Below are positions 26,126-37,537 of a stretch of DNA of 64,000 nucleotides, one piece after another (the first letter of the stretch is position 1; each line of letters begins with the position of its first letter). Made by a program: the position numbers and the translations under genes. Source of the DNA: an uncultured virus (IMG/VR IMGVR_UViG_3300025418_001062) (taxonomy: Duplodnaviria; Heunggongvirae; Uroviricota; Caudoviricetes); the IMG/VR virus record IMGVR_UViG_3300025418_001062; one strand, given 5' to 3'. The notes under the pieces are model-generated. The model made no database searches. It worked only from the letters and a program-made list of their open reading frames with translations, and was not told the origin of the DNA.

Positions 26126-27367
26126 ATGATTTCAATATTTACGCCGAGCCACAATCCTAAATATCTTGATGAAGCCTATGAAAGCATTAGGGCTCAAACC
26201 ATTCAAGATTGGGAATGGGTGGTTCTTCTCAACGGTGATGCCCATTGGGAGCGCCCAAATTACGATGACCGCGTTCGGGTAGCATACGCCGAGCCCCACA
26301 TGAACGGCTCTGTAGGCGCGCTTAAGCGCCACGCCGTCGACCTTTGCTCCGGCACCATTTTGGTCGAATTAGACCACGATGACACGCTTGCACCAACGGC
26401 ACTAGAAGAAATTAAAAAGGTTTTTAACGGAGACCCCGAAACCGTTTTTGTTTATTCAGACTTTGCTCATCTTGACGTTGACGGCAAACCGCACGCTCAC
26501 ATGTTTGACCAAACATACGGTTGGAACTATTACACCGATGGAGAGCACGTCGTTTGTGCCGGCATGAAGCCCACGCCCCACAACGTTTCGTTTATTTGGT
26601 ATGCTCCAAATCACGTGCGCGCTTTCCGAAAGTCCGCTTACGACGCCGCAGGCGGATACGATTATTCACGCAAGGTTCTTGATGACCAAGACCTTATGGC
26701 TCGGCTCTACCTTCAAGGCAAGTTTCATCACATTGAAAAATGCTTGTATTACCAGCGTCTTCACGGGGAAAACACTCAAGTAGACCCAGAGACCAACGTT
26801 TTCATTCAAGAGGAAACCGTTCGTCTGCACTCTCAAAACATTCAGTCCCTTCTTTTAAAGTGGTCTGAAGACAACGGGCTTCTCGCTTTGGACTTGGGCG
26901 GTGCGCACAACCCCGCGCCGGGATACAAAACCGTAGACTTGCACGAACCCGCTTATTACGTCGGTGACATTTTCAACGTTTTGGGCGAACTCGAAGACAA
27001 CTCAGTAGGCGTTATTCGTGCTGTTGACTTTTGCGAACACATTGCCGACAAGATTCGTTTGTGGAATGAGTTTTACCGCGTTCTTGCTCATGGTGGCATG
27101 GTTGTAAGCCTTACACCCAGCACCGACGGACGGGGCGCCTACCAAGACCCAACGCATGTTGCGTTTTACAATGAAAATAGTTTCTGGTATTGGGTTGACG
27201 ACAATTACCGTCGTTACGTCCCAGAAATTAAAGTAAACTTTCAAGTAAGCCAACTCTTTACACACTTCCCTTCAGAGTGGCACAAAACACACAATATCCC
27301 TTACGTCTGCGCCAACCTTATTGCTATTAAGGAGGGGCCACGCCAGGGGGGCAGACTAGGAATCTAA
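26126..27367 (+). CDS. GT2 glycosyltransferase fused to a SAM-methyltransferase-like domain
   Basis: ISIFTPSHN, QT..DWEWVV, LDHDD; C-terminal LDLGG, EHI, RVL..GG, QDPTH. Confidence 0.88.
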   Translation: MISIFTPSHNPKYLDEAYESIRAQTIQDWEWVVLLNGDAHWERPNYDDRVRVAYAEPHMNGSVGALKRHAVDLCSGTILVELDHDDTLAPTALEEIKKVFNGDPETVFVYSDFAHLDVDGKPHAHMFDQTYGWNYYTDGEHVVCAGMKPTPHNVSFIWYAPNHVRAFRKSAYDAAGGYDYSRKVLDDQDLMARLYLQGKFHHIEKCLYYQRLHGENTQVDPETNVFIQEETVRLHSQNIQSLLLKWSEDNGLLALDLGGAHNPAPGYKTVDLHEPAYYVGDIFNVLGELEDNSVGVIRAVDFCEHIADKIRLWNEFYRVLAHGGMVVSLTPSTDGRGAYQDPTHVAFYNENSFWYWVDDNYRRYVPEIKVNFQVSQLFTHFPSEWHKTHNIPYVCANLIAIKEGPRQGGRLGI

Positions 27368-27368
27368 A

Positions 27369-28040
27369 ATGGCTGACGCAATTACAGAACTTACAGAAAC
27401 GTGGGTTGAAGGCAAAGGCGTTCAACTTAATTGGACCGCGGCAGATGATGCTACGACCGGTTCTTTGTACGAAGTTTATGTATTGCAAAACGTCAACCAA
27501 ATGGTTCCAACGTGGTCGCTTGTTACAACTCTTGGGGCAAACGTCGTAAGACAAACTGGTCAAGCGTCGTATTCGCTTGCGGCCCCAATGACTTCTTACT
27601 TTTATCAGTTCCCGTCTCTTACAAGCCCCCCGCTTTCGGTGGCATTTAGTATTATCCATGTTGACTCAACCGGTGCAGAAAGCGACGCATTAAACGTCTC
27701 TTCTTTCCCCCCTCCCGTTAATCCGGTTTTTGGGCCGCCGCATTTTCAGAATGGCATTACACTTGACCCCTTTGGTCAAATCGCCATGAACCCGCAAGAT
27801 TCTTACGAAGAAATCTCTGCCTCTGTTGCAATGGTTGTGGGTGCTTTGGTTGGCGAACGAACAATGCTCCCGGACTTTGGCATTCAAGACCCTACATTTG
27901 CCGACGTAAATGCTATTGAAATCCAAGACGCAATCAATCAATGGGAACCTCGAGCCAACGCAAGGGTTTCTGTAAAATATAACGACCAAAACGTTGCCTC
28001 TGTGGGCGTTGCCATCACCAGCAGTTTAGGAAATAAATAA
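27369..28040 (+). CDS. Baseplate wedge gp25/gpW-like protein with N-terminal Fn3-like domain
   Basis: GERTMLPDFG...QWEPRA; N-terminal VQLNWTA..YEVYV. Confidence 0.8.
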   Translation: MADAITELTETWVEGKGVQLNWTAADDATTGSLYEVYVLQNVNQMVPTWSLVTTLGANVVRQTGQASYSLAAPMTSYFYQFPSLTSPPLSVAFSIIHVDSTGAESDALNVSSFPPPVNPVFGPPHFQNGITLDPFGQIAMNPQDSYEEISASVAMVVGALVGERTMLPDFGIQDPTFADVNAIEIQDAINQWEPRANARVSVKYNDQNVASVGVAITSSLGNK

Positions 28041-30709
28041 TGAGCGGTTACATTGACATTCCCATCGTAACAGAGGCTGACGTACTTGTTCAGCAATCTC
28101 TTGCCTCAATTGCTGCCAACGTTCCCGGCTGGGTGCCGCGTGAAGGCAACCTTGAAGTTCTTCTTCTGGAACAGTTTGCCTCAATGGCCGCAGAGGCCGC
28201 TAACGTGGCTTCTGACGTCCCCAAATCTATCTTTCAATATTTCGGTTCACTTATCGGAATTACACCAAATGCGGGCCTTCAAAACCAACTTTACACAACA
28301 TGGACATTGGTTAGCAACGCCCCTACCGGTGGATACCAAATTGCCGCCGGAACCGTTGTCGGCCTCTTCTTTTCCGGCGCTTCTTACCAGTTTCAACTTG
28401 TAAATAGCATTACAATTGCAGCGGGGACAAACGCGCTTACCAACGTTCTTGTTGAAGCAGTAACCCCAGGCACCGCTTACAACATTCAGAACTTTTCAAG
28501 TTTTAACTCCGTTGGCGCATTCTTGCAACTGCAAACTCAAAACCCCAACATCTCTAGCGTTGTGGTTACGGCAACCCCTGCAACAAACTCAAACCTTGTA
28601 GCGGGCACTGACCCAGAGACAACAGATTCATTCTTGAGCCGTTTGACGGCAGAATTGCAACTTCTTGCGCCCCGCCCAATTACGCCCAGCGACTACGCGT
28701 TGTTTGCTCAAAACGTATCCGGCATTTACCGTGCGCAGGCATTTGATGGCTTCAACTCTTTGACCAATCTTTTCTCTGCCGCTAACGCAAACTTTACAAC
28801 AGCATCGACTTCTGGTTCCGCCCCCTCTGGCTGGGGTGTTGTTGGTGACGGAACAACAACTGTTCCATCTATATCGACCCCCGGAACTTCGCCGTCAAAC
28901 TACTTGCAATTTACAAGTACGTCAACCGCGCTTCCAAGCGGGCTTGCAGTAAACACCGCAACAACGGCAGGTGCGTCTTCAATAAAGTTGACGACAACCG
29001 CTTTGCACACAACTGCAAGTTCTTCAGCGCCAGACCTTTTCTTGATTTCCGACAGCACAAACGGCAATGAAATTGTAATTGCAACAGCCGTTTCAGCCGC
29101 TTCCGGTGGTGCGCAAACATTGACGCTGGCCGCCCCAATGCAGTACGCTCACTCAACAAGCGCAACCGCAACCTTGCTTCAAGGTGCGTCGGCACCTGCC
29201 GCTACGGGTCTGTACGCAAACTCTTATTGGTACCAAGCCGCCGCCGTCATCAAGGCTGCTGGTTCCGCGCCGGCAACAACGGCAACAGAGCGCCCGTACA
29301 TTGTGGCTCTTGCCACTTACATTGACGGTTCGACGCGCGCGTTTTCTTCATTGCCACAGTTTGACGATTCCCTTTACACCTACACGTCAAACTCAAAAGT
29401 TGTTTGCTGCAACATTCCCTCAACAAACGCAAACTCTGCAAACGTGCTTGCTTTTGACCCCGGTGTGCCAACAATTTATTCGGCAACCAACCCTAACGCT
29501 CCACGTCCATACGTAACAAACATTCAAATGTACATTGCTTTTTCCACAACGGAAACAAGCAAGACGCACGAAGTTACTTACGTGTCGCTTAATGAGGTTC
29601 AGGTTGACCTTTCTTCCGCTCAAAGTCAAACGCTAACAAACAGTGACTACAACTTTATTCCTGACGCCACCTTCCTTGACTACGAATTCAGCGGTGGGTA
29701 CGGCTCGTCCTGGAGCAACCCAAATGGTACTGTCATATTGCCGGGAACGGGAGTTCAGTACCAGGGAACCGGCTCCGCACTCGGCTCCGCCCTTACGGTA
29801 AGTTCGCAAATCTTTAATTTGTCGCACGTCGTTTCTGACACCACGGCAACCACGCGCACGTACACGTTGTTTGCGACCGTTAACGCCAATTACGTGACCG
29901 GCACAACGTACAGCAACATTACGATTCAAGTTGTCAACGTTGCCACATCTGCCGTTCTTGCTACTGTTAGCCCTGCGGCTGCGGCCACGGTGACGCTTCC
30001 AATTACGTTTACGCTTTCATCTGCGGCTGACGTTCAGGTTAACATTATCTTTGGAGCCGGCCTCAACGTGCCATTGGGTTCGAGCGTTATTGTTTCAAAC
30101 GTTGCAGTTGTCTCTGGCTCGTACACATTGACAACGCTTCCGGCGCTCAACCAGTACAACTACACATGGACGCCAGGTGGACTCTACAACCCCAACACGT
30201 TTAACTACCCTCGCACCGTTTCTGTTGTGCCCGTTGATGCAAATGGTTTGCCGGTTGTTCCTTCAATCGCCCAAAGCCTCTCTGCCTACCTTGCAACCCG
30301 TCGCGAGACAAACTTTACGGTTAACACGATTAACCCCAATTACATTCCAATTGACGTTCAGTACACTATTTACGTTTCGCCGGCTTACACAACAACGTCA
30401 GTGCAGTCTTCGGTTACCGCCGCTATTCGTTTGTTCCTAAGCCCCGCTAACTGGGCTGGTGGAACAAACACGCCGCCATATTGGAATGGAGCCGCAACGT
30501 CGGTAAACATTATGGACCTTGCCACAATCATTGGTTCTGTTGAAGGCGTATCAAACGTTGTTACCGTAAGCGCCAGAACTTCATACCCAACCGGCGGAGC
30601 CTACTTGACCACAACGGTCCCGCTTTCCGGAATCGCTCCTCTTCCAATTGCTAACGCAATTGCCGGAACGGTTTATGCCAATACAAGCAACACGTTTACT
30701 GGACTTTAA
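28040..30709 (+). CDS. Baseplate J-like protein with large insertion
   Basis: GTDPETTDSFLSR, PITPSDY, VEGVSNV motifs; 889 aa. Confidence 0.85.
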   Translation: MSGYIDIPIVTEADVLVQQSLASIAANVPGWVPREGNLEVLLLEQFASMAAEAANVASDVPKSIFQYFGSLIGITPNAGLQNQLYTTWTLVSNAPTGGYQIAAGTVVGLFFSGASYQFQLVNSITIAAGTNALTNVLVEAVTPGTAYNIQNFSSFNSVGAFLQLQTQNPNISSVVVTATPATNSNLVAGTDPETTDSFLSRLTAELQLLAPRPITPSDYALFAQNVSGIYRAQAFDGFNSLTNLFSAANANFTTASTSGSAPSGWGVVGDGTTTVPSISTPGTSPSNYLQFTSTSTALPSGLAVNTATTAGASSIKLTTTALHTTASSSAPDLFLISDSTNGNEIVIATAVSAASGGAQTLTLAAPMQYAHSTSATATLLQGASAPAATGLYANSYWYQAAAVIKAAGSAPATTATERPYIVALATYIDGSTRAFSSLPQFDDSLYTYTSNSKVVCCNIPSTNANSANVLAFDPGVPTIYSATNPNAPRPYVTNIQMYIAFSTTETSKTHEVTYVSLNEVQVDLSSAQSQTLTNSDYNFIPDATFLDYEFSGGYGSSWSNPNGTVILPGTGVQYQGTGSALGSALTVSSQIFNLSHVVSDTTATTRTYTLFATVNANYVTGTTYSNITIQVVNVATSAVLATVSPAAAATVTLPITFTLSSAADVQVNIIFGAGLNVPLGSSVIVSNVAVVSGSYTLTTLPALNQYNYTWTPGGLYNPNTFNYPRTVSVVPVDANGLPVVPSIAQSLSAYLATRRETNFTVNTINPNYIPIDVQYTIYVSPAYTTTSVQSSVTAAIRLFLSPANWAGGTNTPPYWNGAATSVNIMDLATIIGSVEGVSNVVTVSARTSYPTGGAYLTTTVPLSGIAPLPIANAIAGTVYANTSNTFTGL

Positions 30710-30711
30710 TT

Positions 30712-31980
30712 ATGACGGTAACCTTACCGAATAGTTACAACACCCAGTCGATTTATAACACGGTGCCGCAATTTATCCAAGACCAAGACGCGCAAAATGG
30801 TTACGCTCTTTGGTACTTTATTTACGGCGCCGCGTCGCAACTTGACCAACTTGACATTCTGACTAGAAACAATGTCGGTCAAGGCATTCACGTTGAAGCA
30901 AACTTTGGTGCTTATGCAACGTACGAAATCACAGACGTTCAAATTGCAAACCCTCTTGCACCCGGCGACACAACAATTACAATTTTTGGAACAGACAGCA
31001 CTTGGTATGTGTTCCCAACAAATCAACCAATTCTTTTAGAGTTGGTCAATTCGCTTACTGGCGCCGTTGAAACAATTTCGGTCCCCGCCGGATACAGTGA
31101 TTGGAACGCGCCAACAATCACCTTTACGGGTGTTACGCGCAACTATCCTACGGGCGGCGCCGGCCTATCCTGGCCCGCAAGCACAGGAGCAGACGGAAGC
31201 GTTTACCTTCAGGACTGGGCCGGCGCTCCCGGCTGGTCTCAAGCGGTTGACATTCAACGTTGCCCAAACTACGCCCTGCCTTGGCTTGCTCAATTTGTAG
31301 GCGCTTCAATCCCATCTGACACAACCATGAGCCGTCAGCAGATTGTCCAAACGATTAACTCCCTTGGTGGTTTTAATCGGGCAACCGCCGAAGCAATTAC
31401 GCAACAGTTGATTCAGGTAATTAACTCCCAGTTGGTTTCAAGCGTTTCTCAGTTGTCTGAGTCGCAAGTAATCATCATGGAAAACACGCAATCAACCTCG
31501 TACGCAATTACGGGCGCTTCTGCAAACGGCACAACAGTAACTTACACGTGTGCCAACTCTCTTATTGCGGGTCAAGTTGTAACCATCTCGGGATTGTCTA
31601 CAACAGCGTTTAACCTTACAAACGTTACGGTGGCGTCGGCAACTGCAACGCAATTTACGGTCACAAATTCAGCAACGGGAACAACAGTTACAAGCCAACA
31701 AGGCGCTTGTGCGCTCAAAGAGCCGTATTCAAACAGTTTTAATGCAATGACAATCTTGCTTCCATCTATTTATTTTTCGTCACAGTCGTATCAGACTTTG
31801 ACGGCTGATGCCGGTGGCGCTTCTTCAACGTACTCGTCACTTCAAACGTATCTTACAAGCATTGGTGGTCTTTACTTTGACCTTCAGGGCAGCACCGTTG
31901 CAAGTAACAACTCACCGTACATCAACTTTATCTATCGTTACCGGCCTGCCGGAATGCAAATCTTCGTAGGAGGATACTAA
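30712..31980 (+). CDS. Baseplate wedge / P2 gpI-like tail protein
   Basis: LPWLAQFVG and terminal RPAG motif. Confidence 0.75.
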   Translation: MTVTLPNSYNTQSIYNTVPQFIQDQDAQNGYALWYFIYGAASQLDQLDILTRNNVGQGIHVEANFGAYATYEITDVQIANPLAPGDTTITIFGTDSTWYVFPTNQPILLELVNSLTGAVETISVPAGYSDWNAPTITFTGVTRNYPTGGAGLSWPASTGADGSVYLQDWAGAPGWSQAVDIQRCPNYALPWLAQFVGASIPSDTTMSRQQIVQTINSLGGFNRATAEAITQQLIQVINSQLVSSVSQLSESQVIIMENTQSTSYAITGASANGTTVTYTCANSLIAGQVVTISGLSTTAFNLTNVTVASATATQFTVTNSATGTTVTSQQGACALKEPYSNSFNAMTILLPSIYFSSQSYQTLTADAGGASSTYSSLQTYLTSIGGLYFDLQGSTVASNNSPYINFIYRYRPAGMQIFVGGY

Positions 31981-34217
31981 TGTCAAGTGGAAAGACAACG
32001 CGGGCCCAGGTTCCATACCCGGTTTCAAGCGACACGGCAAACGTTGCCTCTGACATTCAGAGCGTTGCCAACTTTATTGACAGCAACGTTCCGCTTTGGG
32101 CCACGACTTCGGACGGCTCAACGCCAACGCCTTCAGTAAACAGCACTGGCGGTGAATTCTGGTGGTGCGCGCTGGCAACATCTGCAAGTTACGGCCTTAA
32201 TTACTACAACGGAACTTCGTGGGTCAATTTGGGCGCCGACTCCGTTTACGTAGGCACAACAGCCCCAACCGTGGCTTTCCCTGGTCAGGTTTGGGTCAAT
32301 ACCACTTACACCAACCCTTCTATTTCTTACTACAGCGGCTCTACTTGGATTACCGTTGTGCCCGGAACATCAACCAGAGGTTTGATTATGACCTCCGGCG
32401 CTGCCGGCCCTCAATACTCGTCTGCCGTTGCAGTTCAGGGTCCGCAGGGTTATCAGGGCGCAACCGGCCCGCAAGGTTCTACTGGCGCACAGGGCGCTCA
32501 AGGGTCGACCGGCTCGCAGGGCGCAACCGGCTCACAGGGCGCAACCGGCTCACAGGGAGCCCAAGGAACTCAAGGTGTCCAAGGCGCAACCGTGCAGGGC
32601 CCTCAAGGTTCAACGGGTTCGCAGGGCCCAACCGGCTCTCAAGGCCCTCAAGGATACCAAGGTGCCTCCACTCCGCAAACCATTACAGCCGCAACTACGG
32701 GCGCGCAGGGCGTTATTCAATTAGCGGGCGACCTCACTGGAACATCAACGGCACCCGCTTTGATTGCAACCGGCACACAGGGCACGTACACAAAGGTCAC
32801 AACAGACGCAAAGGGGCGCGTAACCGCAGGAACAACGCTTTCTGCATCGGACATTCCTACAACCCTTGGCTCAACAACGTCGGTAAACGGCACAACAATT
32901 CCGGCTTCTTCAACTTTGTTGACCTCAACAACTGGTCAAAACATTGCATTCCCAAATATTTTGACGACTGGCTCTCAGTCAATTATTGCAAACCAGTACA
33001 ACATGTATGCGGGAAGCACGGCGCAATCCTACACTTGGCCAAACGTTGCAACGTCTGGTTCAAAAACTGATTTTTACAACAACACCAACTTTGTTGTAAC
33101 AATCTCTGCTTACTCGGGCCAATCTTTTCACCTTTACGGTTCTTTTGCTGGTGCAACGTCTATTACCGTTAACCCTGGAACTAGCATTTCCTTTGTTTAC
33201 GATGGAAGCACCAACTGGTACGCTGAAAACCTTTCATACGGCACAACTCCGGTGGTCGCTGGTGGAACGGGCGCCTCAACCGCAAGCGCCGCTCTAACAA
33301 ACCTTGGCGCTGCACCGGCAGTAGGCTCCTCTTCAATTGTCACAACGGGCACTGTTACAAACGGCCTTTGGAATAGCACAATTGCTTTTACCGAAGCAAC
33401 CGTCTCTTCCTCAACTGGCAAGGGGCCTACTCTTTCAGCGCAATACAACGTTGTTAACGCAACCGCGTCGGGGCAAGCCGTAACGCTTCCGGCAATTACT
33501 ACGTTGGGTCAATTTGTAATTATTGACAACGCAAATAATTATTCAATCTTGGTTTATCCAAATGGCGCAAGTCAAACAATTGACTCTGCCGCTGGCGGTG
33601 TTGCAATTACTCTTCAACCGTACGCATACTGGATGGGTGTTGTAGAAACGACCGGCACAACCGGCTCCTGGGCTTCAATGATTCAATCCCTTGCAGGCTC
33701 TTCAGACATTACGGTTAATTACACGACCCCCGGCAACGTTACGTTCTCAGCCTCGAGCACAAATGGAACCGGCTCGCTGGTTCGTTCCACAAGTCCTACG
33801 TTGACAACGCCAAACCTCGGAACGCCCTCGGCTGTAAATCTTTCCAACGCAACAAACGTTTTGGGCGTTTTCCAACCGGCCAACGTTACAAGCGGAAGTA
33901 TTGTGACCGGTTCGATAGGAACCGTAATTTCTCAAACCGTTGCAGGTTACAACAATTATCTGGTTGCCTTTACTCTTAGCGGTAGAAACAACGACACCGT
34001 AACGCGTGTTTTGTATACCGCTATTACAAATGGTACAACTAGCACCCCAGCAATGCAATCAACAACATTTGCTGGCGGATTAATAACAAACTCAAATCAA
34101 TACCTCTTTACCTCTCAGGGGACCGGAAACATCACCATTTCCGGTCAGGCTTCTTTCGGTGGTGTAACGCAAGGAACTATTGTAGTTGCCACTCTTTCAA
34201 TTATTGGATTCAACTAA
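31980..34217 (+). CDS. Tail fibre with collagen-like repeats
   Basis: G-X-Q repeats; [10 protein letters not shown] fibre motif; Thr/Ser-rich. Confidence 0.85.
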   Translation: MSSGKTTRAQVPYPVSSDTANVASDIQSVANFIDSNVPLWATTSDGSTPTPSVNSTGGEFWWCALATSASYGLNYYNGTSWVNLGADSVYVGTTAPTVAFPGQVWVNTTYTNPSISYYSGSTWITVVPGTSTRGLIMTSGAAGPQYSSAVAVQGPQGYQGATGPQGSTGAQGAQGSTGSQGATGSQGATGSQGAQGTQGVQGATVQGPQGSTGSQGPTGSQGPQGYQGASTPQTITAATTGAQGVIQLAGDLTGTSTAPALIATGTQGTYTKVTTDAKGRVTAGTTLSASDIPTTLGSTTSVNGTTIPASSTLLTSTTGQNIAFPNILTTGSQSIIANQYNMYAGSTAQSYTWPNVATSGSKTDFYNNTNFVVTISAYSGQSFHLYGSFAGATSITVNPGTSISFVYDGSTNWYAENLSYGTTPVVAGGTGASTASAALTNLGAAPAVGSSSIVTTGTVTNGLWNSTIAFTEATVSSSTGKGPTLSAQYNVVNATASGQAVTLPAITTLGQFVIIDNANNYSILVYPNGASQTIDSAAGGVAITLQPYAYWMGVVETTGTTGSWASMIQSLAGSSDITVNYTTPGNVTFSASSTNGTGSLVRSTSPTLTTPNLGTPSAVNLSNATNVLGVFQPANVTSGSIVTGSIGTVISQTVAGYNNYLVAFTLSGRNNDTVTRVLYTAITNGTTSTPAMQSTTFAGGLITNSNQYLFTSQGTGNITISGQASFGGVTQGTIVVATLSIIGFN

Positions 34218-34231
34218 AACAAAGGACAAAT

Positions 34232-34792
34232 ATGACAACACCTATTGACCACCGCACCGCCGAAGTCGCATGGGCCCATTGGGCGGTTGCTGACCGCATC
34301 AAGCACCCCGAACACTGGGTTTATTCAGAGGGCGCAAACCGCATGGCAAACATCGGTCAGTGGCCCATTAAGTTTCCCATCACAACCGACTGCTCGGGCT
34401 CCATCACTCTTTACGCCTACTTGGCGCAGGGCAACGACCCCAACGGGCTTAACTTTGACCACGAAGGCTACACGGGCACACTTTTGAGCCATGAGGAGCA
34501 CCTTGCTCTTTGGGTGAAGCAAAATCCCGTGGCAACAATTCAAGACATTGAAGTTGGTGACTACGTTGTTTACGGCCCCGGAGTGGGTGAACATGTAGCA
34601 ATTATTGTCGAAATTCAAGGCAACGACATTCTTACGGTAAGCCATGGCGAGCAGGGCAACCCAACATACTGCTGGGTTAACCCACCGTCAGCAAATCCTC
34701 ACGGTTACCCCGTCGACGGTCGCATGCCACAAACGTTCCTTCGCAATGTAACGGCTAACACAAAGCCAGTGCGCATGCCGCCAGCCGCATAG
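34232..34792 (+). CDS. NlpC/P60-like peptidoglycan hydrolase (candidate endolysin)
   Basis: DCSG...GYTG...GD.V.YG..EHVAI..SHG. Confidence 0.75.
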   Translation: MTTPIDHRTAEVAWAHWAVADRIKHPEHWVYSEGANRMANIGQWPIKFPITTDCSGSITLYAYLAQGNDPNGLNFDHEGYTGTLLSHEEHLALWVKQNPVATIQDIEVGDYVVYGPGVGEHVAIIVEIQGNDILTVSHGEQGNPTYCWVNPPSANPHGYPVDGRMPQTFLRNVTANTKPVRMPPAA

Positions 34793-34799
34793 TACCGTC

Positions 34800-35192
34800 A
34801 TGTTAGTAGCAGAGACATTTGTAACTTGGATTAGCAATACAGCAAACCTTTGGGACAGCATTGGTTGGTTCCTCGCCGGACTGGGTACCGTTGGTGCTTT
34901 TGTCTGGCGACACCACCGCAAACAAATCAAAAACGTAGTTCGCGAAGAACTTATCTCCGAACTTGACAGCGACCTTATCAAGAACTTGGCAAAGGCTGTT
35001 GAAGAAATTCACCACGAAACTAAAAACAATGGCGGGTCCAGCATGAAGGACGCCATCGACCGTGTAGAGCGAAACCAAAACGAAGGATTTAAAAAGGTAG
35101 ACGAGCAGATGGAGCGCATGGAGCGTTACATTCAAAAACTGGAAAAGGTGATGGAACGCCACCTTGGCTATCACGATGGGCATGATGATTAA
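34800..35192 (+). CDS. Membrane protein (lysis cassette)
   Basis: N-terminal TM; NGGSSMKDAIDR motif; coiled coil. Confidence 0.65.
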   Translation: MLVAETFVTWISNTANLWDSIGWFLAGLGTVGAFVWRHHRKQIKNVVREELISELDSDLIKNLAKAVEEIHHETKNNGGSSMKDAIDRVERNQNEGFKKVDEQMERMERYIQKLEKVMERHLGYHDGHDD

Positions 35193-35557
35193 TGGCAAAA
35201 CACTGGGAGTTTCACCCTTCGGTTCGGACCGGCAAAGAACGAACAATTGGAGAACGAGCGGCAGACAGAATGCGCCTGGGAATGGGAACATGGACATTCC
35301 TAATGACGTTTCTCGTTTTGATGACGTTTTGGATTGCCAGCGGCGGTTTTGGAATTGACCCCGCGCCTTATTTTCGGCTAAACCTTGCCTTGTCAATGCT
35401 GGCGGGGCTGCAAGGTTCCGTTCTTCTTATCGCAGCAAAGCGCAGTGACAAAATCTCTGCGGAGTTGCAAAAGTTTCACCTTAAGACAACACTTGACCAC
35501 GCTGAAATGCTTGCGGAAATTAAGCAAATTTTGTCTGAACTGAAAGAAAGAAAGTAA
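35192..35557 (+). CDS. DUF1003-like membrane protein
   Basis: GERAAD..GTWTF..DPAPYFRLNL.LS..A.LQ. Confidence 0.7.
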   Translation: MAKHWEFHPSVRTGKERTIGERAADRMRLGMGTWTFLMTFLVLMTFWIASGGFGIDPAPYFRLNLALSMLAGLQGSVLLIAAKRSDKISAELQKFHLKTTLDHAEMLAEIKQILSELKERK

Positions 35558-35856
35558 TGCACATCTGGTTAGACGTTGCGTTTTACTCATTTGTTGGTTG
35601 CGTTTGCATGATTGCTCGCGACGTTCTCAACACTGTTCTGACCAAAGCAATTGCTGAAGGTCACGCAAAACTTGCCGGCAACATGGACGGGCTTAGCGAC
35701 ATTGTAAACATTGTCCTTGCCTCTTTTTCCGGCGTACAACTCATTCACCTTGGCTGGCGCGGCTGGCTAGGCATTCTTCCCATCGGAATTATTGGCAAGT
35801 TTACAACAGAACACGCTACCAACTGGTCTCACAAGAACGTCACAGAGGAAAAGTAG
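35557..35856 (+). CDS. Membrane protein (holin candidate)
   Basis: Two to three hydrophobic segments. Confidence 0.55.
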   Translation: MHIWLDVAFYSFVGCVCMIARDVLNTVLTKAIAEGHAKLAGNMDGLSDIVNIVLASFSGVQLIHLGWRGWLGILPIGIIGKFTTEHATNWSHKNVTEEK

Positions 35857-36588
35857 ATGCAAGAACGTATCGCTGGACGGCGGGGCAAGGCCCCAGCCGT
35901 AAAACTTTCAATGGGCACCCTGTCCAATTACGTTAAGGGCACGGTTCCATCTGCGCCACGTTCTTTTGACTACTCCAATCGTGTCAAGGACTACCCAATG
36001 GCCCTTAATGACACGTATGGCGACTGCACCATTGCAGGCGTTATTCACATGCTTCAACTTGCTTACGCAGAAATCGGTGAGGTTTTTGAGTACCCAGGCG
36101 ATGAAGCCGTAAAGCAAGAATACTTTAAACTCACTGGCGGCGCCGACACGGGCCTGGTTGAGCATGAAGTCTTAAAGACATGGATGAACGATGGATTGTT
36201 TGGAACAAAAATCTCTGCTTATGCGCCGGTTAATATCAAAAACCGTGATGAGTTGGCTGCTGCCATTTACCTTTTTGGCTCTGTCTACCTTGGTGTTGAA
36301 ATGCCGCCAGATGCGGAAACCCAGTTTGAGTCTCACCAACCCTGGCATGTTCCCCAGTACGCGGAGGAAGCCTCTGGTGGCCACTGTGTCGTGGCTACGG
36401 GCTGTAACAGGTTTGGTGTAGACATTATCACTTGGGGCGCCACAGAGTCGATGACGTGGCAATGGTGGGAAACCTACGGCTCTGAAGCATGGGTTGTTAT
36501 CCCAGAAGCATTTGTTGAACTTGACCACGGCCCCGTTTGGAACGTAAATATTCTTTCTTTGCAAGAGGACCTAAAAAACCTTGACTAA
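35857..36588 (+). CDS. Papain-like cysteine peptidase
   Basis: NDTYGDC...GGHCVV..G..ITWG. Confidence 0.7.
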   Translation: MQERIAGRRGKAPAVKLSMGTLSNYVKGTVPSAPRSFDYSNRVKDYPMALNDTYGDCTIAGVIHMLQLAYAEIGEVFEYPGDEAVKQEYFKLTGGADTGLVEHEVLKTWMNDGLFGTKISAYAPVNIKNRDELAAAIYLFGSVYLGVEMPPDAETQFESHQPWHVPQYAEEASGGHCVVATGCNRFGVDIITWGATESMTWQWWETYGSEAWVVIPEAFVELDHGPVWNVNILSLQEDLKNLD

Positions 36589-37102
36589 CAACAACTATAT
36601 TCCACAGCCAGGCGACGCAGTTTTTGCGCACACCCACAACCCTTACGGCGCAATGATTCGCTTTGCTCAAGCCGTTCGCTGGTGGAAGTATCGCTCATGG
36701 AACCACATGGCAATTGTTGAATCGGTTGACGCAAACGGTCAAGTTTGGGTCATTCAAATGGCTCGACGCTGTGAGCGCGTGCGCATTGAGGACGTTGCCC
36801 CCGGCGGTCACGTCAAAGTGATTCCCTGCCCCAAAACAGTCAATTGTGAAGAAGCGGTTGCCTATGCGCAACGTCAATTGGGCACAAAGTATGGCGTACT
36901 TACCATTGTCAGCATTGCTATCAACATTATGCTTCCGGCATTTTTCCGTTTTGACATTCGCATTGCCGACACACTCATCTGCTCTGCCCTTGTGGCCCGC
37001 TCTTGGGAGCACGGCTCTTGGGACTGCCCAACCGACCCATTTGACATTACCCCCGCAGAATTCGACGGAGTTCTCGGTGGTGGTGGCGTACAAATTTATT
37101 AA
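36581..37102 (+). CDS. Permuted papain-like NlpC/P60 (YiiX-like) protein
   Basis: QPGD, NHMAIV, G.KY, ICSALVA, TPA motifs. Confidence 0.75.
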   Translation: MTNNNYIPQPGDAVFAHTHNPYGAMIRFAQAVRWWKYRSWNHMAIVESVDANGQVWVIQMARRCERVRIEDVAPGGHVKVIPCPKTVNCEEAVAYAQRQLGTKYGVLTIVSIAINIMLPAFFRFDIRIADTLICSALVARSWEHGSWDCPTDPFDITPAEFDGVLGGGGVQIY

Positions 37103-37111
37103 GGAGTCATT

Positions 37112-37537
37112 ATGACAACCAGCAACACTCTTTTTAGCAACACTCCAAACCACCCCATTTCTCCATACCCTGTATTTTTTGACACAACTTCAGGTTCTGT
37201 TCAGCACTTCAATGGGACAGCAAATGTTCAGGTGGGTGGATTTGCGCCTGCGTTTACTAGCAACGTCCCATTCACGTCTGGCACGGCGGTGCAAAACACC
37301 GCTCCTTGTTTTGCCACGTACTACATCTTTATTGGCGGTGCCACAAACGGTACAGTTCAAGTTGCTTTTGGTTCAACTAGTGCTTGTGCAAACGTAGTTA
37401 TTCCTTCGTCTGCGGGCAACGCGGCAAACAACCACGCCATTACGGTGCGAGTTCCTTCGCAGTGGTACATCAAGGTGACTACAACTAACAGCGCCACAAT
37501 CTCTTCGGTTAACGTACTTACTGAGGGTTCTTTCTAG
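37112..37537 (+). CDS. Beta-rich virion-type protein
   Basis: AAGGAG RBS; Thr/Ser/Val-rich. Confidence 0.65.
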   Translation: MTTSNTLFSNTPNHPISPYPVFFDTTSGSVQHFNGTANVQVGGFAPAFTSNVPFTSGTAVQNTAPCFATYYIFIGGATNGTVQVAFGSTSACANVVIPSSAGNAANNHAITVRVPSQWYIKVTTTNSATISSVNVLTEGSF

